Assembly (NCBI GenBank): GCA_043228905.1
Contig: JBHGNT010000004.1
Coordinates: 10,044,001-10,108,000 of the forward strand
Length of the DNA stretch: 64,000 nucleotides
Source of the DNA: Azolla caroliniana
Taxonomy: Eukaryota > Plantae > Polypodiophyta
Direction of reading: 5' to 3'
The notes under the pieces were generated by a model. It ran no database searches. It was not told where the DNA came from and saw nothing but the letters and a program-made list of their open reading frames with translations. Of the stretch, positions 36,182 to 47,766 are shown in pieces (positions within the stretch are counted from its first letter, which is position 1; each line of letters opens with the position of its first letter). The translations under genes and the position numbers were made by a program.

Positions 36182-37746
36182 ACGTATGAACACACCCTTT
36201 GAGAATCTATGATCACTCTAAGGTCAAGAGTCACACCACTACTCTCTACACATTAACTATGTGCCATATAATCATATTCTATGACACATAACTAATGAGT
36301 TCTATATTCACCATGACTATGAGTCTTCACATTCCCCAAGAGAGTGTAGTTGTTGTAGTGCATTAATGAAGAGAGAGGGTGGCCTTATATAAAGCACCCT
36401 TCTCCTACTTCATAGAGTGTCGGTTGTGACTCCTTGTAATGCTACATTTCGTAATTGGTATTCTCCTTGTGAATATACACCTTCTTCTTGAGTACTTCAT
36501 TTCCTCTTTTATCTATGTTGTGTTTTCTCTTCTCTCCTCTCTTTTCTCTCACACACATAAAAACACATAACACACATCTCTTCCACTGCACAAGAGTCAT
36601 ATCCAATTCTTTACATTCCGCTCAAATTTCCAGCCTTTCCCCTTCTTGTTGGCAAACCAACAACCAGCAACATTATGGCCGGCCTTTTGCAATGTGTGTA
36701 GTAGGTATTTGGCTTCCCCCTTCTTAGCTTCAATCATTGTTTATCATTCCTCCTCCTCAGCTGGTTGTGATCTCGGCCGGTTCCTTGAGCCATTCCCCCC
36801 GGAGAAATGAGCTTCGACACTATTGACGACAGTAAGTACCATCGATTTCCTTCAAAGCTCTTCTGATAGCACTGCTCCGATTGCGTCTTCTAATGTTAGC
36901 TTGGAGGAATTGTTGTTGATTGTCATACAAAAAACTTCCCAACTCGTCGGGAGGCTCGAGAGAAGTTCAAGTTCCTTGATTTCCTCTTCGAAATTCAGGC
37001 CTTGTGAGGAGAGTTTGGTCAACACCCGACTAAAGGTGTTGATATGGGAGGTAGTTGACTCTGTGTCTCTCATCTTCATGCTGAACAATTGCCGAATCAC
37101 GATGATTTTTTACGAGCTTGACTTCTTTTCATACACAGATTGTAACTTCTCCCATAGGGCTAATGCAATCGTCTCCTTGGCATTTGGATGATCAACCTCG
37201 TTATTTCATCGAGTGATCACCATTCTTCTATCGTCATCAATTTTGACTTGTTGTTGTGTCGAATCACCTCTATTTGGCGTCTGATTATCAACACATCTTG
37301 CATCATTTCCGTTAATAAGGCAAAATTTTTGCCGTTGCACTTCCTAATCTCACAGCCTATGCCGAATGTTGAAGGCATAGTTCTCATGGAGGTCTTGATT
37401 AGCCTAGTCTAGTCCTTTCCTTCAGTCTAGAGCTTTTCATCTTTTTGTATTGATGTTGCTTAGTTCCAACAAGCTATGATACCACTTGACGGCACTATAT
37501 GGTGCCTTGGTCGACTAGTGTGTGAGGTTGGTCGACTTATGCAAAATATGTATATGGATCTTCTTAGTAGGAACAAGCAAACATAAGACAAGTAAAGAGA
37601 TGGTGTATTGTTTAATCATTAACAAGTTACACAAAGAATGAGGGTGAAAGACAGTAACACAGTTTCATGAGAGAAATAATGCATTATTCAAATCTTGCCG
37701 AACTTTGTTACAAGGCTTAGTTCCTCTTATTTATACTTAGGGTAAC

Positions 37747-38253
37747 TAACAATCGGCAACGGTTCGGTTTGAACCGAACCGAACCGCGAAACCGCAAATT
37801 AACAGTTTAAACGATTCAGTTCGATTCGATTCAAGTTCGGGTTTTTTTAACGGTTCGGTTCGGTTTCAACTGTTAGAAACCATGGTTTAAATGGTTTAAC
37901 AGTTTTTTATTTTTTATTTTTAAATTTATAAAAACAATTAAAAATTATTTAAAAATTAATTTTAAACAAACTTTTTATTTTCATGCCTTATTCTCACATT
38001 TTAAGAAAATATTTATAATTTAAATAATTTAAATAATGAAATATTTTAAATTTTAAAATTTTGACCTAAGCTGAAAACCAAAATCGAACCACGAAACCAC
38101 GGTTTACCGGTTTAATGGCTTAATAGTTTGAATTTTTTTTAATGGTTCAGTTTAACGGTTTCCTGGTTTGGTTTGATTTGGTTCAAGTTTCAAAATGTTT
38201 AAACGGCTCGGTTTGGACCATCTCGAACCAAACCGAACCATTGCCGATTGTGA
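37747..38253. mobile_element. hAT-type MITE, second copy of the 12891 family in opposite orientation
   Basis: Same TIRs; 8-bp TSD AGGGTAAC. Confidence 0.9.
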
Positions 38254-38879
38254 AGGGTAACTAATCCCTAACTCCTAAGGAGTGTTCACACTTAAGACAA
38301 ATGGTTAAAGTAGGACTTTTAGTCCAACAGATACTTATGTCAAACAAGTAGATTTCTACGTAATGAATCTTCCTACCATTGATATAATATGAGGTTATTC
38401 CATGTTCTTTAATAAAAACTCTTCTTTTCTATTGATTGGGTTCACCATTCAATAACAATTACACTAAAAGATTGTGTCCATTTTATTCAATGTGTTAAAA
38501 AACAATCTCCTTCAATTGTTCCCTCTCCATTAATATTTAGGTTGTCTTATTCTACTTTAATTTATTGTGTAGTTGATTTGAATATTCAAGTTTATAATAT
38601 CAATAGTGCCATGCATAGTATGAACCATACGTACCATATGTGCATTCGTGCTCGAGAATGTTTCAATCATTCAAGTATAGTAAACACACTCGAAGTATGG
38701 TAAATACCATACTTTTGTATTCATTATTTATTATAAGGTAATTTTTTTAAGGTAAAAAGTATAAAATAAACATAAGAATGTTTTGATAACATACACATTT
38801 GCTTGCATTTGTATGAAAAAGAATGTTTGCCAATGCATTCGAGTATATTACGTACTATGTCATGGAATGTTTATCTAAC

Positions 38880-39190
38880 TTTGAACAACTACTCAATGAA
38901 ATCTTAACTAATTTTCGTGATGTTTTTCTAAGTGAACTACCACATGGGTTACCACCTAAAAGTAATATAGACCATCGTATAGATCTTTTACCTAGGGTTA
39001 CACCAATAAGTATATTGTATACCTTTGTATTGATTGAGTCGATCTGAAGAGGATGAAACCTCAAAGCAAGCCAAAAAATATTTATGAATGGGTTATATAC
39101 GTTATAGTAAATCTCCATGGGATACACCAATTTTCTTGGTAAAAAAGAAAGAGGGCACATGATATTATTGTGATGTGGGGTGCACATAGG
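38880..39190 (+). pseudogene. Highly degenerate gypsy RT N-terminal fragment
   Basis: DVFLSELPHGLPPKSNIDHRIDLLP motif. Confidence 0.55.
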
Positions 39191-39833
39191 GGGAAATAAG
39201 TTGAAATAGAAATATTAAAAAAGTTGAAGGATAGATTGAAGGTGTGATAGAAAAGACATGTTTTGAGTTAGAGGGACATCAAAAGGGAAAAATTAGAGCA
39301 TGTAAGAGAAAAAGAAAGCATCCAATGCTAGCTTTATCTATAAAAGGGGTGAAGAGAACACAGACAAAGGGGGGGCAAAAAGGGAGATGCGGAAGCTCTG
39401 TCGGATTAAGAAGCGAGGGTAGTGAATCAATAGGGCAGTAAGACCTACATCAACAAGAGGCGAGATTGTCGTTGATCGTTGGGAGATTACACCGAAACTC
39501 ATGAATGTCCTCTTGAAGCTTCACCCTTATTCTCTTCTTCTTGATCTTCTTCTTCCTCTCCACAACGTATTTGTTGTTTGTGGGTTTAATTTCTTTCTTC
39601 TTTGTGAAATTTACGGTTCTTAGTTCATGATTAATTTTTGAAAATTACCATTGTTGGTTGTAAACAAATACCTCCAAAACTTGTAATCCCTATTTTATAA
39701 AGGGAATCTCTTTCTTAATCTAGCAATTTCAGACTTAATATCCTAAAATCCATTTGTAATTTCATGATCTTTGGGTTAATTACGTGACTGAATCCTAATC
39801 TTATGTGTAATCCATTGTTCGGGTTGTCGCGAC

Positions 39834-40019
39834 CTTCGACTCTAACAAACCTTCAACTCTAACAGATCTTCAACATTGAGGAGTCTTCAGCTTTGAAGAA
39901 TCTTTGACTCTATAGAACATTCGACTCTGTATAGCTTTCTACTCTAACCTATCTTCGACTCTATCTTATCCTCGACTCTTCAGAACCTTCAACTCTAACG
40001 TACCTTCGACTATGTAGAC
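39834..40019 (+). repeat. 17-bp degenerate minisatellite, about 11 units
   Basis: CTTCGACTCT core followed by 7 variable bases, repeated. Confidence 0.8.
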
Positions 40020-40342
40020 TGTTGAGAGATCAAGCTCAACTTAGTTTAGTTAGTTAATCAACCATGTAACTTCGTAGTTACCTAGATAGAATCTAGTTAG
40101 AAGTGTTGACTATAACGCCTTAAATAGGACCTTGTACTTAAGTGGGATATTCTAGATCCTCCACTCTTAAGTACATTTAATATAGAACTTACACTTTTGT
40201 ACCTATATTATCCTCACATATGTGCACCCTTGCATATGAGATCTATATATACCTCATTGTGGGTATTTTTGTATTTGATGATGATGATAATGCTAATTTA
40301 ATATACTTACTCATCCCCCATCTTGTGTTGTTCATAAGTGCA

Positions 40343-40381
<39 letters not shown>

Positions 40382-43300
40382 TATCGCATAATCTTCCGCT
40401 TATCAACTAATCACATAATTAGGTACTAATTAATCCTTGCTTAATTACTTACCTAATTCTTAACATGGTATCAGAGCGTGTGGTTTAGAAAATCCACTAA
40501 GCCCACCCGACTTCATAATTGTGTGTTTGAAACGCCGACGACAAAATTTGGCTATCGGCTACCGTAGTGCCGTTACGTAGCACGTGTATGTGATCGAAGG
40601 GAGAAAAGCAAAACGGAAGACACTACATCAAAATGAACACACAAATGGGTAGCTCACTCCCTAGTGAAAAGCTAGACTGGAGTAATTATTCATCTTGGGA
40701 GTACAAGATGACCCAATACCTTGTCGACCAAGGGTATTGGAGCTACATCAATGGTGCACAAGAAAATCGACCCGACTTAAAGAACGCCAACTACGCAACA
40801 TGGGAGCAAGCGGCGAGTCGAGTCATGTATTGCTTGGCAACATGTGTCCACGACCACATGCTTAGACACATTCGAGACGCCAAGACGCCTAAAGAAGCGT
40901 GGGCGAACTTAAAGAAAATGTTCGCCACCAACACAACTGCCCGAAAGCTTCAACTCCGTCAAGAGTTGAACAACATTCGGCAAAAAGACATATGTCCATG
41001 TCGGACTACACCACCAAGATCAAGAGCATTTGCAACTTACTTGGCTCCATCAAAATAAACGTCGACGAAGACGAGATGGTTCAAGTATGCTTGGGTGGCC
41101 TCGCACAACGATTTGACTCGTTGAGGACGGCAATCTTGGCGAGGGAAAACCCTCCTTCATTCTTCGACCTCCAATCAATGTTATTGGTCGAAGAGAACCA
41201 TGTTCGAACCAAGATGAAGACGTTGGAAGGACAAATGTTCTTCTCAAGTTTAGACGATGGCCGAGGAGGAGGTCACGGAGGAGGGGGTCACTGCGGTAGA
41301 AGAGGTCAATTCGACCCATCACACGAAGGGAACTCAAACCTTCACGGAAGCCATTGAGGAACCTTCAAAAGAAGGGGGAGCTTCCACGCCGAACATGGTC
41401 GGCAAATGAGGCCCGCAACTTGCAACTATTGCGGCAAAATCGGCCATTGCGAGGAGGAGTGCCGAAAAAGAAGAAACGAGTTGGCTTCAACAAGTCAACA
41501 ACTCACAAATTACGTCGTCAACTCCGAATACGATGATTATGGCGGACTATTCGTAATGAGGCATAGAGCGAACTCTATGACGGCCTCCAACTCCACAAGC
41601 ACCTCCAATTCGGAAGACGTGTGGTTCGTCGATTCCGGTGCCTCACATCACATGACATCCCACAAAGAGTGGTTCAATGACTTGCGTACACCGGATTGAC
41701 CTGGCTACATAGAGACGAGAGACGACACCACACATCCCATTCGGCACATCAGCAATGTCCCATTCGGGAAAGAAGGCAAGCAAACTTGCATCAAGAATGT
41801 CTTGCACATGCCCACAATAACGAAGAATTTGGTCTCGGTCGGCCAAATCGTGGAGCAAGGCATGCAAGTCCGCTTCAACAACGAAGGTTGTTTCATCGAG
41901 AAAGATGGCCGACTTATAGCGAAGGGGTGGAGAGATGGTCGAATGTTCATCCTCGAGTCGAACAAGGTGAAATCGGCAATGTACGCTAAAGGTCTCAAAA
42001 CCGAGACAAGCATCGAGTTGTGGCACAAGAGAATTGGCCACATAAACCTCCAACGGCTTCGAGCGATGCAAACCAAGGGAGTCGTCATCGGACTTCCGAC
42101 ATTCGAGTCGAAACGAGTCGACCGAGTATGCGAAGTGTGTGAACTCGGCAAACAACATCGACTCCCATTCCCGAAGGAGAGCTCCGCAAGCAAAGGCCTC
42201 CTCAACGTCATACACTCAGATGTATGGGAACCGGCTCAAACGCCGACGATCGGTGCATGCCGATACTACGTAACCTTCATCGACAACTACTCCCGCTATG
42301 CGTGGATCTACCCGATGAAGAAGAAAAGCGAAGTGCTCTCCCACTTCGAAAAGCTCAAGGGGCAAGTCAAAAAAGAAACCGGTCGGCACATTCGATGCCT
42401 ACGATCGGACGGAGGAAAGGAGTACTTCTCCGACGAACTCACCTCCTATCTCCAAAGTGAAGGCATTCGGAGAGAATTCTCATGCCGACACACACCCCAA
42501 CAAAATGGAGTAGCCGAAATGAAGAATCGGCAAATACTTGAGGTAGCACTCGCCATGATGCATGAGAAGCACATGTCGAATTTCTATTGGGCCGAAGTGG
42601 CATCCACGACCGTCTATCTCATGAACCGGTGTACCACCAATGGAGTCCATGAGCTAACTCCCTATGAGCTCCTCGAAAGGAAGCTGATCCTGTCACACCT
42701 CAAGGTGTTCGGAAGCATTGTGAATGTACGCATCCCGAACGAAAGCCGACAGAAGCCCGACGCGAAGTCGGAGGAATGTATCCTTATAGGATACTCGTCC
42801 GAGAAGAAGGCATACAAGTGCTACAACCCTTCTACCCGAGCGGTTCGGGTAAGTCGAGACGTAGAATTCGACGAGTTTGCATCCTGGTACGCACCAGAGA
42901 CAACTTCGACTCCGACTCCGCTCAACCCGGAATCCGCCGAACAAGAGGTAGAAGATGGAGATCGCTTCGAACACATGTTCGAAGAAAGTCCGATTACGGC
43001 AAAGCCTAGTGGGCCACAAGAGCCCCCATGCGACCAAAGCACGTCGCGGCCAAGTATGAACTTGGACAAAGGCAAAGGTAAGATGCCCGAATACGAAGTT
43101 GACCACCTCGATGACAATGATTCGGATGGATAGGCTCCCTCACTAGACAATGAGTTTGGTGTACCCATCATGCGTACACCCGGAGTAAAGAAGGCGCTCA
43201 CATCGGCGAGCGAAAAACTTTGACGCTCTTCTAGAGAGAAGAATTCTGTCACTCGGCTTGGCTACAACGAGTATATGGCCCATCACTACGCCTTCACGAT

Positions 43301-43832
43301 GAAGGTAACGGCCGAACAAGAGCCCAAGAGCTCCGCCGAAGCGGCTCGTAACCCATGATGGGTGGAAGTAGTCGACCTTCGTCCACACACTACAAGCCTT
43401 CGTCATCAGCTTGAGGGGGAGGAACCGAGATTATCACGGCGAAGAAGCACATGAAGCCGACAAAAGCCAAAGCGGATGTCGCACGCCTCACACTTGAGCT
43501 TGAGGGGGCGTGTTGAGAGATTCAAGCTCAACTTGTTTAGTTAGTTAGTCAACCATGTAATTTCGTAGTTACCTAGATAGAATCTAGTTAGAAGTGTTGA
43601 CTATAACGCCTTAAATAGGACCTTGTACTTAAGTGGTATATTCTAGATCCTCCACTCCTAAGTACATTTAATATAGGACTTACACTTTTGTACCTATATT
43701 ATCCTCACACATGTGCACCCTTGCACATGAGATCTATATATACCTCATTGTGGGTATTTTTGTATTTGATGATGATGATAATGCTAATTTAATATACTTA
43801 CTCATCCCCCATCTTGTGTTGTTCATAAGTGC

Positions 43833-43872
<40 letters not shown>

Positions 43873-43964
43873 TACACACATATCGCATAATCTTCCGCTT
43901 ATCAACTAATCACATAATTAGGTACTAATTAATCTTTGCTTAATTACTTACCTAATTCTTAACA
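40020..43964 (+). mobile_element. Internally deleted Ty1/copia element (gag-PR-IN, no RT/RNase H)
   Basis: LTRs 40020-40465 and 43511-43964, PBS 40466-40477, PPT GAGGGGG, TSD TAGAC. ORF fragments 40633-43133; coding sequence stops just after the EP..WVE motif. Confidence 0.93.
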
Positions 43965-44741
43965 TAGACTATTGCCAACTCGTACATCTCAACGAGAATC
44001 AGGTATGTAACAATGACAAATAATAATGGACTCAATGGGCATCCTAGTCTAAGCGACATTGTCAATGGCATCAATTGCCTTACAACTCCACCATTTTAGA
44101 CATAACATGTCATGTGACATTGTACTTAAGCCCAACATCTCTCTCTCTCTAAACTCAAAGACATTATCATAGCCTCATATTCACTATTTTGCAAAAAACA
44201 GATTATGCATAGATGATGTCAAGCTTTCCAATAATTAAGAATAAGTTTCTAATGCCACAAGCTGCAACACTTAAAAGTTGCATTGCCAATGTTGGGTTGA
44301 AAGAGCTTTGAACCCATACACCTTTTGCTAACCAACACACAAAGATTATCTCTAATTAAGCCACTATAACTAGAGATTTATTCAAATATGGCCATTAAAC
44401 ATGCACATGGGTACCCTAACACTATTGTGATTTCATATGCCTTACTTTGTTATCAAGTGCTAATTGCAATACCAATATACTACTAATAATAGTTGCTATG
44501 TTATGTCACTCGTGTCATTATAAGGCTGATAAGTTTCAATATTCTGAAAGAATGTCCAACGTGATGTTATTACAATCTATTGTACTCACATGAGTGTGAA
44601 TGCATTCTTCTCCCTTTCTCTCTTCCTTTTATTAGTGGTTACACTACTAGCCCTAGATATTGGGTTCAAAACCCAATTTCCTCTCACCACTCTATTACTC
44701 CACAAATATCTCTTAATGTACGAGATGCCACTATGGAATGT

Positions 44742-45291
44742 AGGGGTTGAACCCATGACCTCCTGGTCTCCATCCGGCAACCTTACCAACTGAGCTACAT
44801 CCAGGGGTTGAACCCATTATCTCATGGTCTCCATCGGCCAACCTTACTAATTGACCTACATCCAGGGGTTGAACCCATTATCTCCTGGTCTCCATCGGCC
44901 AACCTTACCAACTGAGCTACATCCAGGGGTTGAACCCATTATCTCATGGTCTCCATCGGCCAACCTTACCAACTGAGCTACATCCAGGGGTTGAACCCAT
45001 TATCTCCTGGTCTCCATCGGCCAACCTTACCAACTGAGCTACATCCAGGGGTTGAACCCATTATCTCATGGTCTCCATGGGCCAACCTTATCAACTGAGC
45101 TACATCCAGGGGTTGAACCCATTATCTCCTGGTCTCCATCGGCCAACCTTACCAATTGAGCTACATCCAAGGGGTTGAACCCATTATCTCCTGGTCTCCA
45201 TCGGCCAACCTTACCAATTGAGCTACATCCAGGGGGTTGAACCCATTATCTCCTGGTCTGCATCGGCCAACCTTACCAATTGAGCTACATC
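44742..45291 (-). repeat. Tandem array of 9 x 61-bp tRNA-like (A box/B box) units
   Basis: Units start 44742, 44803, 44864, 44925, 44986, 45047, 45108, 45170, 45231. Minus-strand unit: TGGATG-TAGCTCAGTTGG-TAAGG...GGTTCAACCCC. Confidence 0.9.
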
Positions 45292-45482
45292 GAGATCCAT
45301 CAATATGGGCTCTTCTCTCTCTCTCAAGACGTTAATACATCTTTCTTTCTTTCTTTCTCTCTCTCTCGGAATTGGAGTCTCGGAGGAGGATTGTCCAAAG
45401 AGAATTCTTTTCCATTAAAATGAATTAATCTGCTTCCCTCGGAGAATTTATCAGAGAGAGAGAGAGATCGATCCATGGCGAC

Positions 45483-45491
45483 CTAGGGTTT
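45483..45491 (+). promoter_or_regulatory. Telo-box-like motif in putative 5' UTR of host gene
   Basis: CTAGGGTTT within a CT/GA-rich leader, followed by a candidate donor (GTATGC, 45534) and acceptor (TTAG, ~46137). Confidence 0.4.
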
Positions 45492-46143
45492 CTTCCTCCT
45501 TCGACGCTCTTGTGTTTTCCTGTGCAAAAGACGGTATGCGCTACCTCTCGCCACTCTGACCGCCTTTCATGAATCCTTCTTGCACCGCTTTCCTTCAAAG
45601 AAATTTGTTTGTTGTGCTGAATTGGGATCTTCGTCTTGTTCTTTGGTAGAATATTATACGAGTAGGATGAAACATACACCGGTGATGGAAGTGTAGGTTT
45701 TGTTGGTCTAGTGGAATGTTTCTGTTTCCGTTGGGAATGTAGATTGTGATTATATTCTCTTTTTTCGCTTCTTTGATGGATTATTATCTGTTCGCAATGA
45801 AACTTATGGTGCATATATAGTGGTGATGGGGATATATCTGTTTGTGATGGAAACATAGATTCTGTTTACGAGGTAAATACAGATGTTACAATGAAATTAT
45901 AGATTCATTTTCCAAGGAGAATATAACTTTTTGCGATGGAAATATAGAAGCTTTTGTGATAGAAATGTAGATTCTGACTGTGCTGAAATTATCTATTTCC
46001 TTTGTGAGGAGATTGTCACGCTTTCATGGCAATGTTTTGATGACAATATGATATTTACAAACACATAATTTTGGATGCGGTTTTTCATTCTTGCATGCAT
46101 GATGAAGGAGATAGTACGGAACATTCTTCTTGATTAGATTCAT

Positions 46144-46660
46144 AATTACTATTCATCAGGTGAACTTAACACGATGGCATCGAAGATCTCTGACATGACA
46201 ACTTGCAATGAAGAGAAGCCAAGGGAGAAGAATGCTCAAGAAATTGTCGATCCATCCAGCAAAACAAAAGAAAATTACTATTCATCAGGTGAACTTAACA
46301 CAATGGAATCCAAGATCTCTGAGATGACAACTTGCAATGAAGAGAAGCCAAGGGAGAAGAATGCTCAAGAAATTGTCGATCCATCCAGCAAAACAAAAGA
46401 AAATTACTATTCATCAGGTGAACTTAAGACAATGGAATCGAAGATCTCTGATATGACAACTTGCAATGAAGAGAAGCCAAGGGAGAAGAATGCTCAAGAA
46501 GTTGTTGATCCATCCAGCGAAACAAAAGAAAATTACTATTCGTCAGGTGAACTTAACACAATGGCATTGAAGATCTCTGATATGACAACTTGCAATGAAG
46601 AGAAGCCAAGGGAGATGAATGCTCAAGAAATTGTTGATCCATCCAGCAAAACAAAAGAAA
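46144..46660 (+). repeat. 4 x 129-bp coding tandem repeat
   Basis: AATTACTATTC units start at 46144, 46273, 46402 and 46531. Confidence 0.95.
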
Positions 46661-47766
46661 TAGAGTTTTTTCCTATCAATGATCACCATGCGCAAGGAGT
46701 TAATTCGGGAGAAGAGAGCAATCATGAAGCACTGAATACAATACGACACAATAAGAGTAAGGTGTTAGGTCATGATGCTGAGGAAATAGATGATAAACCA
46801 CAGGATACAAGTCTAAGAGGCACAGATGAAAAGAGAAACAATGAACCTCGAAACACAGAGTTTGTAATCTGTATAGGAAACTTGCTAGATTTGTCCAGTT
46901 GCACTGGGAAAAGATCAAGGACTCAAAACATAGTAACTAATCAATCTGCTAACTCCAACCACATGAATGATGAAATAGATGGTGGAGGAGACCACTTTGT
47001 TAACCTGTTTGATAAGAAAAGGTTGAAATGTGAGGCTTTCGATTTAAACTCAAGCATAAATGAAGAAACTTGTTACGATCCCATGAAGAGTACAATATCT
47101 AAATCAGAAATATTAGGAAATGTCAAAGGTAATACAACTCAGCCTTCATCTACGCAAGAAATTGTATGTGAACTAGATCTCAAGAAATTTCAATGTGATA
47201 GATGCTCAGTATTATGTACAAGTGAAGTCGACTTCAGTAATCATTTGAATGGAAAAAGACATGCGCGAATTTGCAAGAAATCTACAGAAGACTCCAGCAA
47301 CCTTTTCCTGTCCAAAGTGAACACTGAAAACGGTCAAGTTCAGAATGAAGCCCATTTTAAGGAGAATGAGGCCCGTAAGGAGCGTTCTGGTAGCAATGAA
47401 TCATTTGACATTTTGCTTAAAGAGAACAGGAAGAAGTTCTGTTTTGAGCCACTAATTACATCATTATTGTCTTTGAATGGTGGGGATGATTGTATAGTGA
47501 AGTCTTTGAATTTAGCGTTAGCGGCAACTATATGCCCTGGAATTGAAAGCATTAATAATGGCAATGATAAAGAACAAGCTTGCCAATCTTCAAAAGTGGA
47601 TTTTATGCATCATAACTTTGTAACAATGCATAGTTTGTGCCTTCTTAATATGATGAAGGATTTACGAACTGCTCGACTAGAAGATCTCCTGCGGTCTTCT
47701 TCTTCTTCTTCTGTTTTGAAAGAAAATGATGGCACAACTATTCCCTGTATATCTGGAACAGATTAG
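46174..47766 (+). CDS. Host protein with 43-aa tandem repeats and a matrin/U1-type C2H2 zinc finger; possibly truncated
   Basis: 530-aa ORF; FQCDRCSVLCTSEVDFSNHLNGKRH finger; FDLN (EAR-like) motif; no TE motifs; two more finger remnants after the stop. Confidence 0.65.
   Translation: MASKISDMTTCNEEKPREKNAQEIVDPSSKTKENYYSSGELNTMESKISEMTTCNEEKPREKNAQEIVDPSSKTKENYYSSGELKTMESKISDMTTCNEEKPREKNAQEVVDPSSETKENYYSSGELNTMALKISDMTTCNEEKPREMNAQEIVDPSSKTKEIEFFPINDHHAQGVNSGEESNHEALNTIRHNKSKVLGHDAEEIDDKPQDTSLRGTDEKRNNEPRNTEFVICIGNLLDLSSCTGKRSRTQNIVTNQSANSNHMNDEIDGGGDHFVNLFDKKRLKCEAFDLNSSINEETCYDPMKSTISKSEILGNVKGNTTQPSSTQEIVCELDLKKFQCDRCSVLCTSEVDFSNHLNGKRHARICKKSTEDSSNLFLSKVNTENGQVQNEAHFKENEARKERSGSNESFDILLKENRKKFCFEPLITSLLSLNGGDDCIVKSLNLALAATICPGIESINNGNDKEQACQSSKVDFMHHNFVTMHSLCLLNMMKDLRTARLEDLLRSSSSSSVLKENDGTTIPCISGTD

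Larger units (their letters stand above)
9958..36615 (+). mobile_element. Degenerate Ty1/copia element expanded to 26.7 kb by nested insertions
   Basis: 5' LTR 9958-10380, PBS TGGTATCA at 10381, 3' LTR ~35439-36615 (interrupted), perfect TSD TTCCG (9953-9957 / 36616-36620). Coding pieces at 10536-11253, 12615-12890, 13264-13513, 18833-19066, 24981-25226, 30747-31903 and 32621-32754 are colinear with 40633-43370 up to the start of RT. Confidence 0.9.
9199..38329 (-). mobile_element. Old degenerate Ty1/copia element (outermost layer); surviving parts 9199-9957 and 36616-38329
   Basis: Minus strand reads LWHGRLGHVSQ (pre-integrase) near 9400-9430 and gag remnants at 36852-37100. iMet PBS remnant at 37473-37484; 5' LTR about 37487-38329 (TGTTGG start on minus). 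Split by the TTCCG-flanked insertion. Confidence 0.7.

Noticed and set aside
44742-45291. CRISPR array or functional tRNA gene cluster
   Set aside because: No unique spacers and no cas genes in a eukaryotic context; the 61-bp units lack a complete acceptor stem.
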